From an uncultured cyanobacterium (GTDB lineage Bacteria; Cyanobacteriota; Cyanobacteriia; Cyanobacteriales; Nostocaceae), in the NCBI GenBank assembly GCA_963766435.1, contig CAVXZH010000005.1, positions 265,610-329,609 of the forward strand: a stretch of DNA of 64,000 nucleotides, written 5' to 3'. Position numbers and translations under genes: made by a program. The notes beneath the pieces were generated by a model. The model saw nothing but the letters and a program-made list of their open reading frames with translations. It had not been told where the DNA came from and ran no database searches. Below, one piece after another: positions 54,925 to 64,000 of the stretch; the stretch's first letter is position 1; every line of letters begins with the position of its first letter.

Positions 54925-56459
54925 ATGCCTCAGAATCCTGAAAAAATTCAAGACCACGTTGAGTTATTCCACCAACCAGAATATCAACAGCTTTTTGAAA
55001 ACAAGAAGCAGTTTGAAAATGGTCATAACCCTGAAGAAGTACAACGGGTTGCAGAATCAGACGAAGTCTTGGGAATATCGTGAAAAGAACTTTGCTCGTG
55101 AAGCTTTAACCGTTAACCCTGCTAAAGGTTGTCAACCTTTAGGTGCAATCTTTGCTGCGGTTGGTTTTGAAGGTACTCTACCTTTTGTTCAAGGTTCTCA
55201 AGGTTGCGTGGCTTACTTCCGTACCCACTTAACCCGTCACTATAAAGAACCATTCTCTGGTGTATCTTCTTCTATGACTGAAGATGCAGCGGTGTTTGGT
55301 GGACTGCAAAACATGATTGATGGCTTGGCTAACTCTTATACTCTGTACAAGCCCAAGATGATTGCTGTCTGCACAACTTGCATGGCTGAAGTAATTGGAG
55401 ATGACTTACAAGCGTTCATCAACAATGCTAAGAATGCTGGTTCTGTTCCTCAAGATTTCCCAGTTCCTTACGCTCACACTCCTAGCTTCGTTGGTTCCCA
55501 CATCACTGGTTACGACAACATGATGAAGGGTATTCTTCACACCTTAACCGCAGGTAAGAAGAAGCCCACCAGCAATGGCAAAATTAACTTTATCCCTGGT
55601 TTTGATACCTATGTTGGTAACAACCGGGAAATCAAGCGGATTGCTTCTTTGTTCGGCTTTGATTACACAATTCTAGCTGACAATAGCGATTACTTGGATT
55701 CACCTAACACTGGTGAGTTTGATATGTACCCAGGTGGTACCAAGTTGGAAGATGCAGCAGATGCAATTAACGGTAAAGCTACTGTGGTTCTGCAAGCACA
55801 CTCCACTCCTAAAACCCGTGAGTACATTGCTAAGGAATGGCAACAACCTGTTGTAGTTTCTCGTCCTTGGGGTATTAAGGCTACTGATGAATTCTTGATG
55901 CAACTCAGTGAATTAACAGGTATCGCCATTCCTGAAGAATTGGAAATTGAACGTGGTCGTGCCGTTGATGCCATGACTGACTCTCATTCCTGGGTTCATG
56001 GTAAGCGCTTCGCTATCTACGGTGAACCAGATTTAGTTTACAGCATGGTTGGTTTCATGTTGGAATTGGGTGCTGAACCTGTACACATTTTGGTTCACAA
56101 CTCTAACGAAGTATTTGAGACAGAACTCAAAGCATTGTTAGCTTCTAGCCCCTTCGGTAAGATGCAACTATCTGGGGTGGTAAGGACTTATGGCACATGC
56201 GTTCCTTACTGTTTACTGAACCTGTTGACTTGTTGATTGGTAACACTTACGGTAAGTACCTGTGGCGTGATACTAAGACACCTTTGGTAAGAATTGGTTA
56301 TCCTATCATGGACGCCACCACTTACACCGCTATTCTACTATCGGTTATCAAGGTGTGATCAACTTGCTCAACTGGATTGTAAATACAATCTTCGATGACA
56401 TCGATCATAACACCAATATTCCTTCCAAGACCGATATTTCTTACGACTTGATCCGTTAA
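54925..56459 (+). CDS. nifK: nifK (MoFe protein beta) with three apparent single-base frameshifts (~55057, ~56160, ~56313)
   Basis: ATG 54925 [28 protein letters not shown]... switches frame to [27 protein letters not shown]...; later ...[28 protein letters not shown].../[23 protein letters not shown]... each in a new frame. Confidence 0.85.
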
Positions 56460-56638
56460 GAATATTCAGGCTCAGTGTGCAGTTATTAGTAGTAAGAAAT
56501 AGCTAATAGCTGCCCATTGAAAAACACTAATGAACCAGGGGACTGGGGACTGGGAAAATAATTTACCCACTACCCGTTCCCTGTTTCTCTTTACCACATT
56601 TATGTTGTCAACGTCTGCATTTACTTAAGGTATCTATT

Positions 56639-56962
56639 ATGGAATCTACTACTCATTCTCACTCCCATACTTATCATCCCGGTTCTCACAGACAATCGGG
56701 TTTATCTGGTATTTTTAATCCTTTACGAAGTTTGGTAGATGCAATACCAGTTAAAGATTCCCGTTTCGCTCATATAATTTGTCAACTAATTCCTTGCTGT
56801 TGTCCTTTTGAGCGAACTATTGCGGTATTTGGTCGGAGTTTCCATATACCAGCATTATGCAAACTTAATCCTTTATATGATGAGTTTGTGGGTTTGCGTT
56901 TTCGGGCTTTATCTTATTTAGCTGATGATTGTGGGGAAGATATCACGAAATATATTTGCTAA
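56639..56962 (+). CDS. small Cys-rich conserved nif-cluster protein (possibly Mo-nitrogenase C-terminal-like domain)
   Basis: 107 aa; CQLIPCCCPFE; position between nifK and nifE as in other cyanobacteria. Confidence 0.4.
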   Translation: MESTTHSHSHTYHPGSHRQSGLSGIFNPLRSLVDAIPVKDSRFAHIICQLIPCCCPFERTIAVFGRSFHIPALCKLNPLYDEFVGLRFRALSYLADDCGEDITKYIC

Positions 56963-56990
56963 AGATTAGTCCAAAAATGAGTTGCAAAAG

Positions 56991-57029
56991 TCAACAGTCA
57001 ACAGTTAACCACTAACTGTTGACTGTTGA
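56991..57029. promoter_or_regulatory. 39-bp near-perfect palindrome TCAACAGTCAACAGTTAACCACTAACTGTTGACTGTTGA upstream of nifE
   Basis: 16-nt arms are exact reverse complements; shares the 13-mer GTCAACAGTCAAC with 60921-60973. Confidence 0.45.
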
Positions 57030-57077
57030 TTAACAATTAATAATTGATAACTAACACCTAAGAAGACGAGAACAGAG

Positions 57078-58455
57078 ATGAAAATCACCCAAGGCAAAAT
57101 TAATGAGTTGCTGACTGAGCCAGGATGTGAGCATAATCAGCATAAACAAACGGAAAAGAAAAATAAATCTTGTGCTCAACAAGCTCAACCAGGAGCTGCT
57201 CAAGGGGGTTGTGCTTTTGATGGAGCAATGATTTCTCTAGTCCCCATTACTGATGCGGCTCATTTGGTTCATGGCCCATCGCTTGTGCTGGTAATTCTTG
57301 GGGTAGTCGTGGTAGTCTCTCCTCTGGTCACAGCTTTACAAGATGGGTTTTACTACTGATTTGGGTGAAAATGATGTGATTTTTGGGGGTGAAAAAAAGC
57401 TTTATCAAGCTATTCTTCAACTTCAGGAACGTTATCAACCCGCAGCTGTATTTGTCTATGCTACTTGTGTTACAGCTTTAATTGGTGATGATATTGATGC
57501 TGTTTGTAAAGCTGCAACTGAAAAAATTGGTGTTCCCGTTATTCCTGTGATTGCTCCTGGCTTTATTGGTAGTAAAAATTTAGGGAACCGTTTTGGTGGT
57601 GAAGCTCTGTTAGAATATGTAGTCGGCACTGCGGAACCAGAATACACTACCGATTATGATATTAACTTAATTGGTGAATACAACATTGCCGGAGAAATGT
57701 GGGGTGTCCTACCTTTGCTAGAAAAATTAGGGATTCGGGTTTTATCTAAAATTACTGGTGATGCTCGCTTCCATGAAATTCGTTATGCTCATCGGGCCAA
57801 GCTGAACGTGATGATTTGCTCACGAGCGCTGTTGAATATGGCTAGGAAGATGGAGGAACGCTATGGGATTCCTTATATTGAGGAGTCTTTTTATGGCATT
57901 GATGATGTCAACCACTGTCTCCGGAATATTGCGGCTCAGTTGGGTAGTCCTGATTTACAAGCACGAGTGGAAGAATTAATTGCTCAAGAAACTGCAACTC
58001 TTGATTTGGCTTTAGCTCCCTATCGCGCTCGTCTTAAAGGTAAGCGGGTTGTACTTTACACTGGTGGTGTGAAGAGTTGGTCGGTGATTTCCGCCGCTAA
58101 GGATTTGGGCATAGAAGTTGTGGCTACTAGTACTAGAAAAAGTACTGAAGAAGATAAAGCCAAAATCAAGAAGTTGATTGGTCAAGATGGAATTATGCTG
58201 GAAAAGGGCAATGCTCAAGAATTGCTACAGCTGATTAAAGACACTAATGCAGATATGCTGATTGCTGGTGGTAGAAACCAATACACTGCCCTGAAAGCCA
58301 GAATTCCTTTTTTAGATATTAACCAAGAGCGTCATCATCCTTATGCAGGTTATGTGGGCATGGTAGAAATGGCGCGAGAATTCTATGAAGCGCTATACAG
58401 TCCGGTGTGGGAACAAGTCCGTAAACCTGCTCCTTGGGATGCCGAGGAAATTTAA
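57078..58455 (+). CDS. nifE: nifE with two apparent 1-nt deletions (~57278, ~57328)
   Basis: [24 protein letters not shown]...[23 protein letters not shown] then, after two shifts, [21 protein letters not shown]... Confidence 0.8.
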
Positions 58456-58562
58456 ATGAACAGGAGTGAGGATACATCCGTCAGGAATGAAAATAATTCC
58501 CAAATTATAAATGAACGACTTGGTTTTAAATATCAACTGCAAATTAAAGGTGGAGCAGTTTA

Positions 58563-59882
58563 ATGGCGATTATTAATGTTGCTAACAAGGCTCTGACGGT
58601 GAATCCCCTCAAGCAAAGTCAAGCTTTGGGTGCATCTTTAGCTTTTTTAGGATTAAAGGGGACAATCCCTTTATTTCACGGTTCTCAAGGTTGTACGGCT
58701 TTTGCGAAAGTTGTCTTGGTTCGACATTTCCGGGAAGCTATTCCTTTAGCTACCACAGCTATGACTGAGGTAACTACTATTTTGGGTGGTGAGGAAAATG
58801 TTGAACAAGCAATCCTGACTTTGGTGGAAAAATCCCAACCAGAAATTATTGGTTTGTGTACGACTGGATTGACGGAAACTAGAGGTGATGATATTGAGGG
58901 TTTCTTAAAAGAAATTCGCGATCGCCATCCCGAATTACATGATTTAGCGATTATTTTTGCACCAACTCCAGATTTTAAAGGTGCATTACAAGATGGTTTT
59001 GCGGTAGCGGTGGAAAGCATTGTCAAGGAAATCCCCCAACCAGGTGCAATCAATACTGAGCAAATCACCATTTTAGCTGGTTCTGCATTTACTCCTGGAG
59101 ATGTACAAGAAATTAAAGAGATGGTCACAGCCTTCGGGTTGGAACCTATTTTTATTCCTGACTTGGGTGCTTCTTTAGATGGTCACTTAGAAGATGGTTA
59201 TGGTCCCATTACCGTTAGTGGTACAACTTTAGCACAATTGCGGCAAGTAGGTAGGTCTGCCTTTACTTTAGCATTGGGCGAGAGTATGCGGGGTGCAGCC
59301 AGGATTTTGCAAGAAAGATTTAACATCCCTTATGAAGTATTTAGCGAATTAACGGGATTAGAACCTGTAGATGAATTTCTACAAGCATTAGCAATTTTGA
59401 GTGGTAATCCTGTACCGGAAAAATATCGTCGTCAACGCGCTCAATTACAAGACGCTATGCTCGATACTCACTTTTATTTTGGCGCCAAGCGAGTATCTTT
59501 AGCTCTAGAGCCAGATTTGCTCTGGTCAACAGTGAGTTTTTTACAGTCAATGGGTAGTCAAATTCATGCTGTAGTTACCACTACCCGTTCACCGTTACTA
59601 GAGCAACTTCCTGTTAAAAGCGTTACCATTGGCGATTTAGAAGACTTTGAAGCACTCGCGGTGGGGTCAGATTTACTGATTGGTAATTCTAACGTGAATG
59701 CGATCGCCAAACGGCTCTCTATTCCTCTTTATCGTTTGGGAATACCTATTTACGACCGTTTAGGTAATGGTCAATTTACCAAAGTAGGCTATCGCGGCAC
59801 AATGGAGCTTTTATTTGGTATTGGTAATCTGTTTTTAGTAGCAGAAGAAGAGAGAGTTAAAAATTTTCGTGGTGATTGGTAA
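58563..59882 (+). CDS. nifN: nifN
   Basis: 439 aa; ...LGASLAFLGLKGTIPLFHGSQGCTAF... Confidence 0.8.
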   Translation: MAIINVANKALTVNPLKQSQALGASLAFLGLKGTIPLFHGSQGCTAFAKVVLVRHFREAIPLATTAMTEVTTILGGEENVEQAILTLVEKSQPEIIGLCTTGLTETRGDDIEGFLKEIRDRHPELHDLAIIFAPTPDFKGALQDGFAVAVESIVKEIPQPGAINTEQITILAGSAFTPGDVQEIKEMVTAFGLEPIFIPDLGASLDGHLEDGYGPITVSGTTLAQLRQVGRSAFTLALGESMRGAARILQERFNIPYEVFSELTGLEPVDEFLQALAILSGNPVPEKYRRQRAQLQDAMLDTHFYFGAKRVSLALEPDLLWSTVSFLQSMGSQIHAVVTTTRSPLLEQLPVKSVTIGDLEDFEALAVGSDLLIGNSNVNAIAKRLSIPLYRLGIPIYDRLGNGQFTKVGYRGTMELLFGIGNLFLVAEEERVKNFRGDW

Positions 59883-60004
59883 TTAAGAGGGAACAGGGAA
59901 CAGGGAACAGGGAACAAATCAAAAAAACTATTCTTTTTCATCCCTCCCCATCTCCCCATCTCCCCATCTCCCTTTCTAATTAATGTAAATTCAGGAGAAA
60001 TAGA

Positions 60005-60409
60005 ATGAAAATTGCCTTCACAACTAGCGACCGGGTGCATATCAATTCTCACTTTGGTTCTGCTAAAGAAATTGATGTTTATGAAATCTCCGACAATGGA
60101 TATCAATTTCTAGAAACTTTGACCTTTGCTGGGGAACTCAAAGAAGATGGAAATGAGGACAAAATTACCCCAAAACTAGATGCTCTAGTTGATTGTACAA
60201 TTGTTTATGTAGTGGCAATTGGTGGTAGTGCTGCTGCTCGTTTAATCAAAAAAGGTGTCACCCCAGTCAAGGCTAAATCCGAAGAGGAAGAGATTGCGGA
60301 AGTACTAACAAAGTTAGTCAAAACCCTCAAAGGTAATCCTCCACCTTGGTTACGGAAAGCTTTACAACCAAAAACCTCAAGTTTTCTAGATGAAGTTGAA
60401 ACGATATGA
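60005..60409 (+). CDS. nifX: nifX
   Basis: 134 aa; MKIAFTTSDRVHINSHFGSAKEIDVYEI... Confidence 0.75.
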   Translation: MKIAFTTSDRVHINSHFGSAKEIDVYEISDNGYQFLETLTFAGELKEDGNEDKITPKLDALVDCTIVYVVAIGGSAAARLIKKGVTPVKAKSEEEEIAEVLTKLVKTLKGNPPPWLRKALQPKTSSFLDEVETI

Positions 60410-60882
60410 GCGACAATAATAATCTTAATGGCACTACTGCATCCGCAGCATTAAGTTCGCCTTTTCTGAAGATATTAGTCCAACAAATCCGCGCTCAAGA
60501 CTCTTATGGTTTTTACCGTTCTTGGTCGGATGAATTGATGCTGAAAGGATTTGTAGTCAGCAAACAAAAGAAACGGGAAATTTCTGTAGAAGGTGAAGTT
60601 GACGCCGCCACAAAAGCCAGAATTTTGGCATTTTTTCGGGCTGTAGCGGCGGCAATTGAACAAGAAACAGGATTGATTTCTCAAGTAGTGATTGATTTAG
60701 GTCATGAAGGTTTTGGCTGGGCGCTAGTTTTTTCTGGTCGTCTGATATTAGCCGTAAAAACCTTACGTGATGCTCATCGCTTTGGCTTTGATTCTCTAGA
60801 GAAATTAGCTGAAGAAGGAGAAAGTTTTGTCACCAAAGGACTTGATTTAGCCAAACGTTTTCCTGAAGTTGGCAAACTTTAA
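60406..60882 (+). CDS. NifX-associated protein (DUF269-like)
   Basis: Start overlaps the nifX stop; position conserved in nif clusters. Confidence 0.5.
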   Translation: MSDNNNLNGTTASAALSSPFLKILVQQIRAQDSYGFYRSWSDELMLKGFVVSKQKKREISVEGEVDAATKARILAFFRAVAAAIEQETGLISQVVIDLGHEGFGWALVFSGRLILAVKTLRDAHRFGFDSLEKLAEEGESFVTKGLDLAKRFPEVGKL

Positions 60883-60920
60883 TTAGGGATGATGTGTGGG
60901 TAATTTATAACTTGAAAATA

Positions 60921-60973
60921 TTGTTGACGGTTCATAGTTAACCGTCAACAGTCAACCGTCAACAATCAACAGA
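60921..60973. promoter_or_regulatory. Inverted repeat GTTGACGGTT-n7-AACCGTCAAC followed by GTCAACAGTCAACCGTCAAC direct repeats
   Basis: Shares GTCAACAGTCAAC with the nifE-upstream palindrome. Confidence 0.45.
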
Positions 60974-60976
60974 CAA

Positions 60977-61174
60977 ATGATAGATGACCTGAAAGTTCAA
61001 ATTAGACGGCTGAATAGTAAAGCAGGTCAAATGAAGATGGATCTGCACGATTTAGCCGAAGGTTTACCGACCGATTACAAAAAACTTATGGATATGGCTG
61101 CTGAAACTTATGAAATCTATCGTCAGTTAGATGAACTTAAGCAACAGCTTACAAAATTGGAGAAGAGTCAATGA
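60977..61174 (+). CDS. small conserved nif-cluster protein (CCE_0567-like)
   Basis: 65-aa helical ORF whose stop overlaps the nifW start. Confidence 0.4.
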   Translation: MIDDLKVQIRRLNSKAGQMKMDLHDLAEGLPTDYKKLMDMAAETYEIYRQLDELKQQLTKLEKSQ

Positions 61175-61488
61175 GCAGAAGTATTGATGAATTTAAAAAG
61201 TTAGTAGATGCAGAAGAATTTTTTCAATTCTTTAATCTACCCTATGACCTGGAAGTGGTAAATGTTAACCGTTTACACATTTTAAAGAAGTTCTCGCAGT
61301 ACATCAGAGAAATTGATGATAATGCTACTGAATTAAGTACAGAAGAAAAGTTAAATCAATATAGCACCGCTTTTCAAAAAGCTTATGAGGTGTTTCTGGA
61401 ATCTACACCCCAGGAACAAAAGCTCTTTAAAGTATTTAACGATAAGCCGAAAAATGTAGTCACGCTGACAGAAATCACTTCTGATTAG
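61171..61488 (+). CDS. nifW: nifW (nitrogenase-stabilizing protein)
   Basis: 105 aa; ...EEFFQFFNLPYD... Confidence 0.7.
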   Translation: MSRSIDEFKKLVDAEEFFQFFNLPYDLEVVNVNRLHILKKFSQYIREIDDNATELSTEEKLNQYSTAFQKAYEVFLESTPQEQKLFKVFNDKPKNVVTLTEITSD

Positions 61489-61498
61489 GAGGTAAAAA

Positions 61499-62299
61499 TT
61501 GATCAATCTAACGCCTACCGAATTAGAACGCTATAGTCGCCAAATGATGCTCCCTAATTTTGGCGAAGTAGCTCAAAAACGCCTCAAGTCAGCGACGGTT
61601 CTGGTGACTGGTGTGGGAGGATTAGGCGGTACAGCAGCGCTCTACTTAGCAGCAGCAGGTGTTGGACGACTAATCTTAGTCCGGGGGGGTGACTTGCGGT
61701 TAGATGATATGAATCGTCAAGTCTTAATGACTAACGATTGGGTCGGTAAACCCAGGGTCATCAAAGCCAAGGAAACTCTGGAAGGGATTAATCCTGATGT
61801 CCAAGTGGACGCGGTTCATGAATATATCACCCCGGAAAATGTAGATGCTTTGGTGCAATCGGCGGATATGGCTTTAGACTGCGCTCACAATTTCACCGAA
61901 CGCGATTTGTTAAACGCGGCTTGTGTGCGCTGGCGAAAACCAATGGTAGAAGCAGCGATGGATGGAATGGAGGCTTATGTCACCACGATTATTCCTGGTG
62001 TCACTCCTTGTTTATCCTGTTTGTTTCCCGAAAAGCCTGATTGGGAACGACGTGGTTTTTCCGTTCTGGGAGCGGTTTCTGGAACATTAGCTTGTTTGAC
62101 CGCTTTAGAAGCCGTCAAGTTAATTACTGGGTTTAGTCAACCGCTATTGTCGCAATTGCTGACCATTGACCTGAACCAGATGGAATTTGCTAAACGCCGT
62201 TCTTATCGCGATCGCGCTTGTCCTGTGTGTGGTAATACTGCACCTTGGCGACAGTCTCATGGGACATCAATGGGGTGTGAATTTGGGATTGATGGTTAA
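61499..62299 (+). CDS. hesA: hesA (MoeB/ThiF-family)
   Basis: TGVGGLGGTAALYLAAAGVGRL dinucleotide fold; C..C...C..C pairs. Confidence 0.75.
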   Translation: MINLTPTELERYSRQMMLPNFGEVAQKRLKSATVLVTGVGGLGGTAALYLAAAGVGRLILVRGGDLRLDDMNRQVLMTNDWVGKPRVIKAKETLEGINPDVQVDAVHEYITPENVDALVQSADMALDCAHNFTERDLLNAACVRWRKPMVEAAMDGMEAYVTTIIPGVTPCLSCLFPEKPDWERRGFSVLGAVSGTLACLTALEAVKLITGFSQPLLSQLLTIDLNQMEFAKRRSYRDRACPVCGNTAPWRQSHGTSMGCEFGIDG

Positions 62300-62358
62300 T
62301 CTTCAGCACCCACACCGGAAATCATCACAATTAATCGCGACTTTTAAGAGGAGATTCG

Positions 62359-62730
62359 ATGACTGTTACTTTAACAGAAAAAGCAGAATTTCGTCTGCGA
62401 GCATTTCTCAGAGATTCGAGTTCTAATCCTAATGACCCCAATAAAGGTGTCCGCATCTCTGTGAAAGATGGTGGTTGTAATGGCTATGAATATGGCATTG
62501 ATATTACCAGTAAACCACAACCAGACGATTTAGTAATTACACAAGGCAAGGTATTGGTTTACGTTGATGCTCAAAGTGCGCCCTTATTAACAGGTGTTGT
62601 CATCGACTTCGTTGAGGGAGTGATGGAAAGCGGGTTCAAATTCATCAACCCCAATGCAAGTGATACCTGTGGTTGTGGAAAGTCCTTTAAAGCAGGTGAC
62701 TGTACACCTAATGGTGTGCCTTGCAGCTAA
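62359..62730 (+). CDS. hesB: hesB (IscA/HesB Fe-S assembly family)
   Basis: C-terminal SDTCGCGKSF motif. Confidence 0.75.
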   Translation: MTVTLTEKAEFRLRAFLRDSSSNPNDPNKGVRISVKDGGCNGYEYGIDITSKPQPDDLVITQGKVLVYVDAQSAPLLTGVVIDFVEGVMESGFKFINPNASDTCGCGKSFKAGDCTPNGVPCS

Positions 62731-62827
62731 TGCGCTTAATTTTTCTAAACAACTTAAGTTCGGGAAACTTAACTAGTTTGGAAATCCCGAAAACCTAATT
62801 CTACAACCCTTTCAGGAGAATCAGAAA

Positions 62828-63127
62828 ATGGCTACTTATCAAGTTAGATTGATCAACAAAAAAGAAGACATCGACACTACAATTGAAGTTGATGAAGAAA
62901 CTACAATTTTAGACGCAGCAGAAGAAAACGGCATTGACTTACCCTTCTCTTGTCATTCTGGTTCTTGTTCTAGCTGTGTAGGTAAAGTTGTAGAAGGTGA
63001 AGTCAATCAAGATGATCAAAACTTTCTTGATGATGAGCAAATTTCTAAAGGATATGCTCTACTTTGTGTAACTTACCCACGTTCTAACTGCACAATCAAG
63101 ACTCATCAAGAAGCATATCTCGTTTAA
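62828..63127 (+). CDS. fdxH: fdxH heterocyst-type [2Fe-2S] ferredoxin
   Basis: 99 aa; [12 protein letters not shown]...LLCV plant-type ferredoxin Cys pattern. Confidence 0.8.
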   Translation: MATYQVRLINKKEDIDTTIEVDEETTILDAAEENGIDLPFSCHSGSCSSCVGKVVEGEVNQDDQNFLDDEQISKGYALLCVTYPRSNCTIKTHQEAYLV

Positions 63128-63147
63128 TTTATTTTAAAAAGTAAAAA

Positions 63148-63192
63148 GGGAATGGGCAATAGAAAATACTATTTCCTATTCCCTTTTTTTAT
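63148..63192 (+). terminator. Rho-independent terminator after fdxH
   Basis: GGGAATGGGCAATAG-loop-CTATTTCCTATTCCC followed by TTTTTTT. Confidence 0.6.
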
Positions 63193-63345
63193 TGTTTATT
63201 AGAGGATGTTTTAAAAGTCATAAAGGTATAATTTATAACTTCAATCTTATACGCCCCTACCTCTGAACGATAAATTGTCGGGAAGGGCGATCGCGGTTAA
63301 AATTAAAGAGGTTGGAGAGGGCATAAAGCTATACTGAGTATTTCT

Positions 63346-63903
63346 ATGAAAATTGCAGCAATTAAACCCACAACTATTGAAGAATTTTTGCAATTACCAG
63401 AAACAGAACCTGCTTCTGAATTTATTCATGGACAAATCATCCAGAAACCTATGCCTCAAGGGGAACATAGCCAACTTCAGATTGATTTATGTGAAACTAT
63501 TAATCAAATTACTAAACCTCAAAAAATTGCCAAAGCTTTTCCAGAACTACGCTGTGTTTTTGGTGGGTTAGCGATTATCCCAGATATATCCGTATTTCGT
63601 TGGGAGCGAATTCCTCGATTACCATCAGGACGGATTGCTAATCGTTTTGAAATCCATCCAGATTGGGCTATGGAAATTCTCTCTCCCCATCAGAAATATA
63701 AACAAGTCCTAGCGAAATTACTACACTGTGCCGAGTATGGAACTGAGTTGGGTTGGTTACTTGATCCTGAAGATGAAAGCATTTTAGTCGTAGATCGCGA
63801 TCGCCGAGTTAGGGAACTTAAAAATAGCGATCGCTTACCAGTTCTGACAGGGGTTGAATTAGATATCACTGTTCAAGAAGTCTTTAGCTGGTTAATTGCC
63901 TGA
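63346..63903 (+). CDS. Uma2-family endonuclease
   Basis: ...EFIHGQIIQKPMP...PDISVF...LDPEDESILVVD... Confidence 0.55.
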   Translation: MKIAAIKPTTIEEFLQLPETEPASEFIHGQIIQKPMPQGEHSQLQIDLCETINQITKPQKIAKAFPELRCVFGGLAIIPDISVFRWERIPRLPSGRIANRFEIHPDWAMEILSPHQKYKQVLAKLLHCAEYGTELGWLLDPEDESILVVDRDRRVRELKNSDRLPVLTGVELDITVQEVFSWLIA

Positions 63904-64000
63904 AAAAGATTCGGTTTACCGAATTCGGAGATACGGTAAACCGAACAAATTTCTACTCTGTAAATTACTGTTAGGGTAATTTTGTGATGATCATTTATTA

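Noticed and set aside
54959-55060. TTG-initiated start of the listed nifK ORF ([12 protein letters not shown]…)
   Set aside because: The real start is ATG 54925 ([15 protein letters not shown]…, conserved NifK N-terminus) in the other frame; the TTG ORF is an artefact of the frameshift at ~55057.

Overview
This window reads as a heterocystous cyanobacterial (Nostoc/Anabaena-type) nif region; HIP1 GCGATCGC palindromes are frequent. The nifHDK operon is broken three times by developmentally excised-type elements, each carrying its own XisA-family recombinase gene placed just inside one element border and reading inward. The window starts inside a nifH-interrupting element, which holds a giant low-complexity coiled-coil protein, a PD-(D/E)xK protein and its recombinase at 4010-5437. 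Then come the nifH 3' segment (5548-6015) and nifD segment 1 (6164-7100). A ~19.8-kb nifD element 1 (7101-26924) carries phage/plasmid-like cargo: a recombinase, a Dam-type methyltransferase, a prim-pol/helicase-like protein with a GATC-rich iteron array, an XRE regulator, a DUF5131 protein, a LamG structural-like protein and many orphans. nifD segment 2 (26925-27366) follows. A ~27.2-kb nifD element 2 (27367-54564) sits at the classical GGATTACTCCG site with xisA at the nifK-proximal end. Its cargo is: Uma2 and PD-(D/E)xK nucleases, an SPFH protein, two tRNAs, a PerR-like/peroxiredoxin/TrxR-like module, a GspE-like ATPase, an AAA+ ATPase split by an IS630 element next to an FGE-sulfatase-domain protein, CorA, two tandem paralogous membrane/coiled-coil proteins, an IS607-like tnpA/tnpB element, and an ABC-ATPase + Toprim-like pair resembling PARIS/OLD-type defence systems. 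Downstream are nifD segment 3, nifK, a small Cys-rich ORF, nifE, nifN, nifX, a NifX-associated protein, a small conserved ORF, nifW, hesA, hesB, fdxH, a terminator and an Uma2 gene. Many conserved genes (nifK x3, nifE x2, Dam MTase, Uma2, GspE, tnpA, the FGE protein) carry apparent single-base frameshifts, mostly in short homopolymers, plus one in-frame TAG. I cannot tell assembly errors from real decay. The ORF track uses TTG/GTG starts, so several listed 'M' starts are not ATG.
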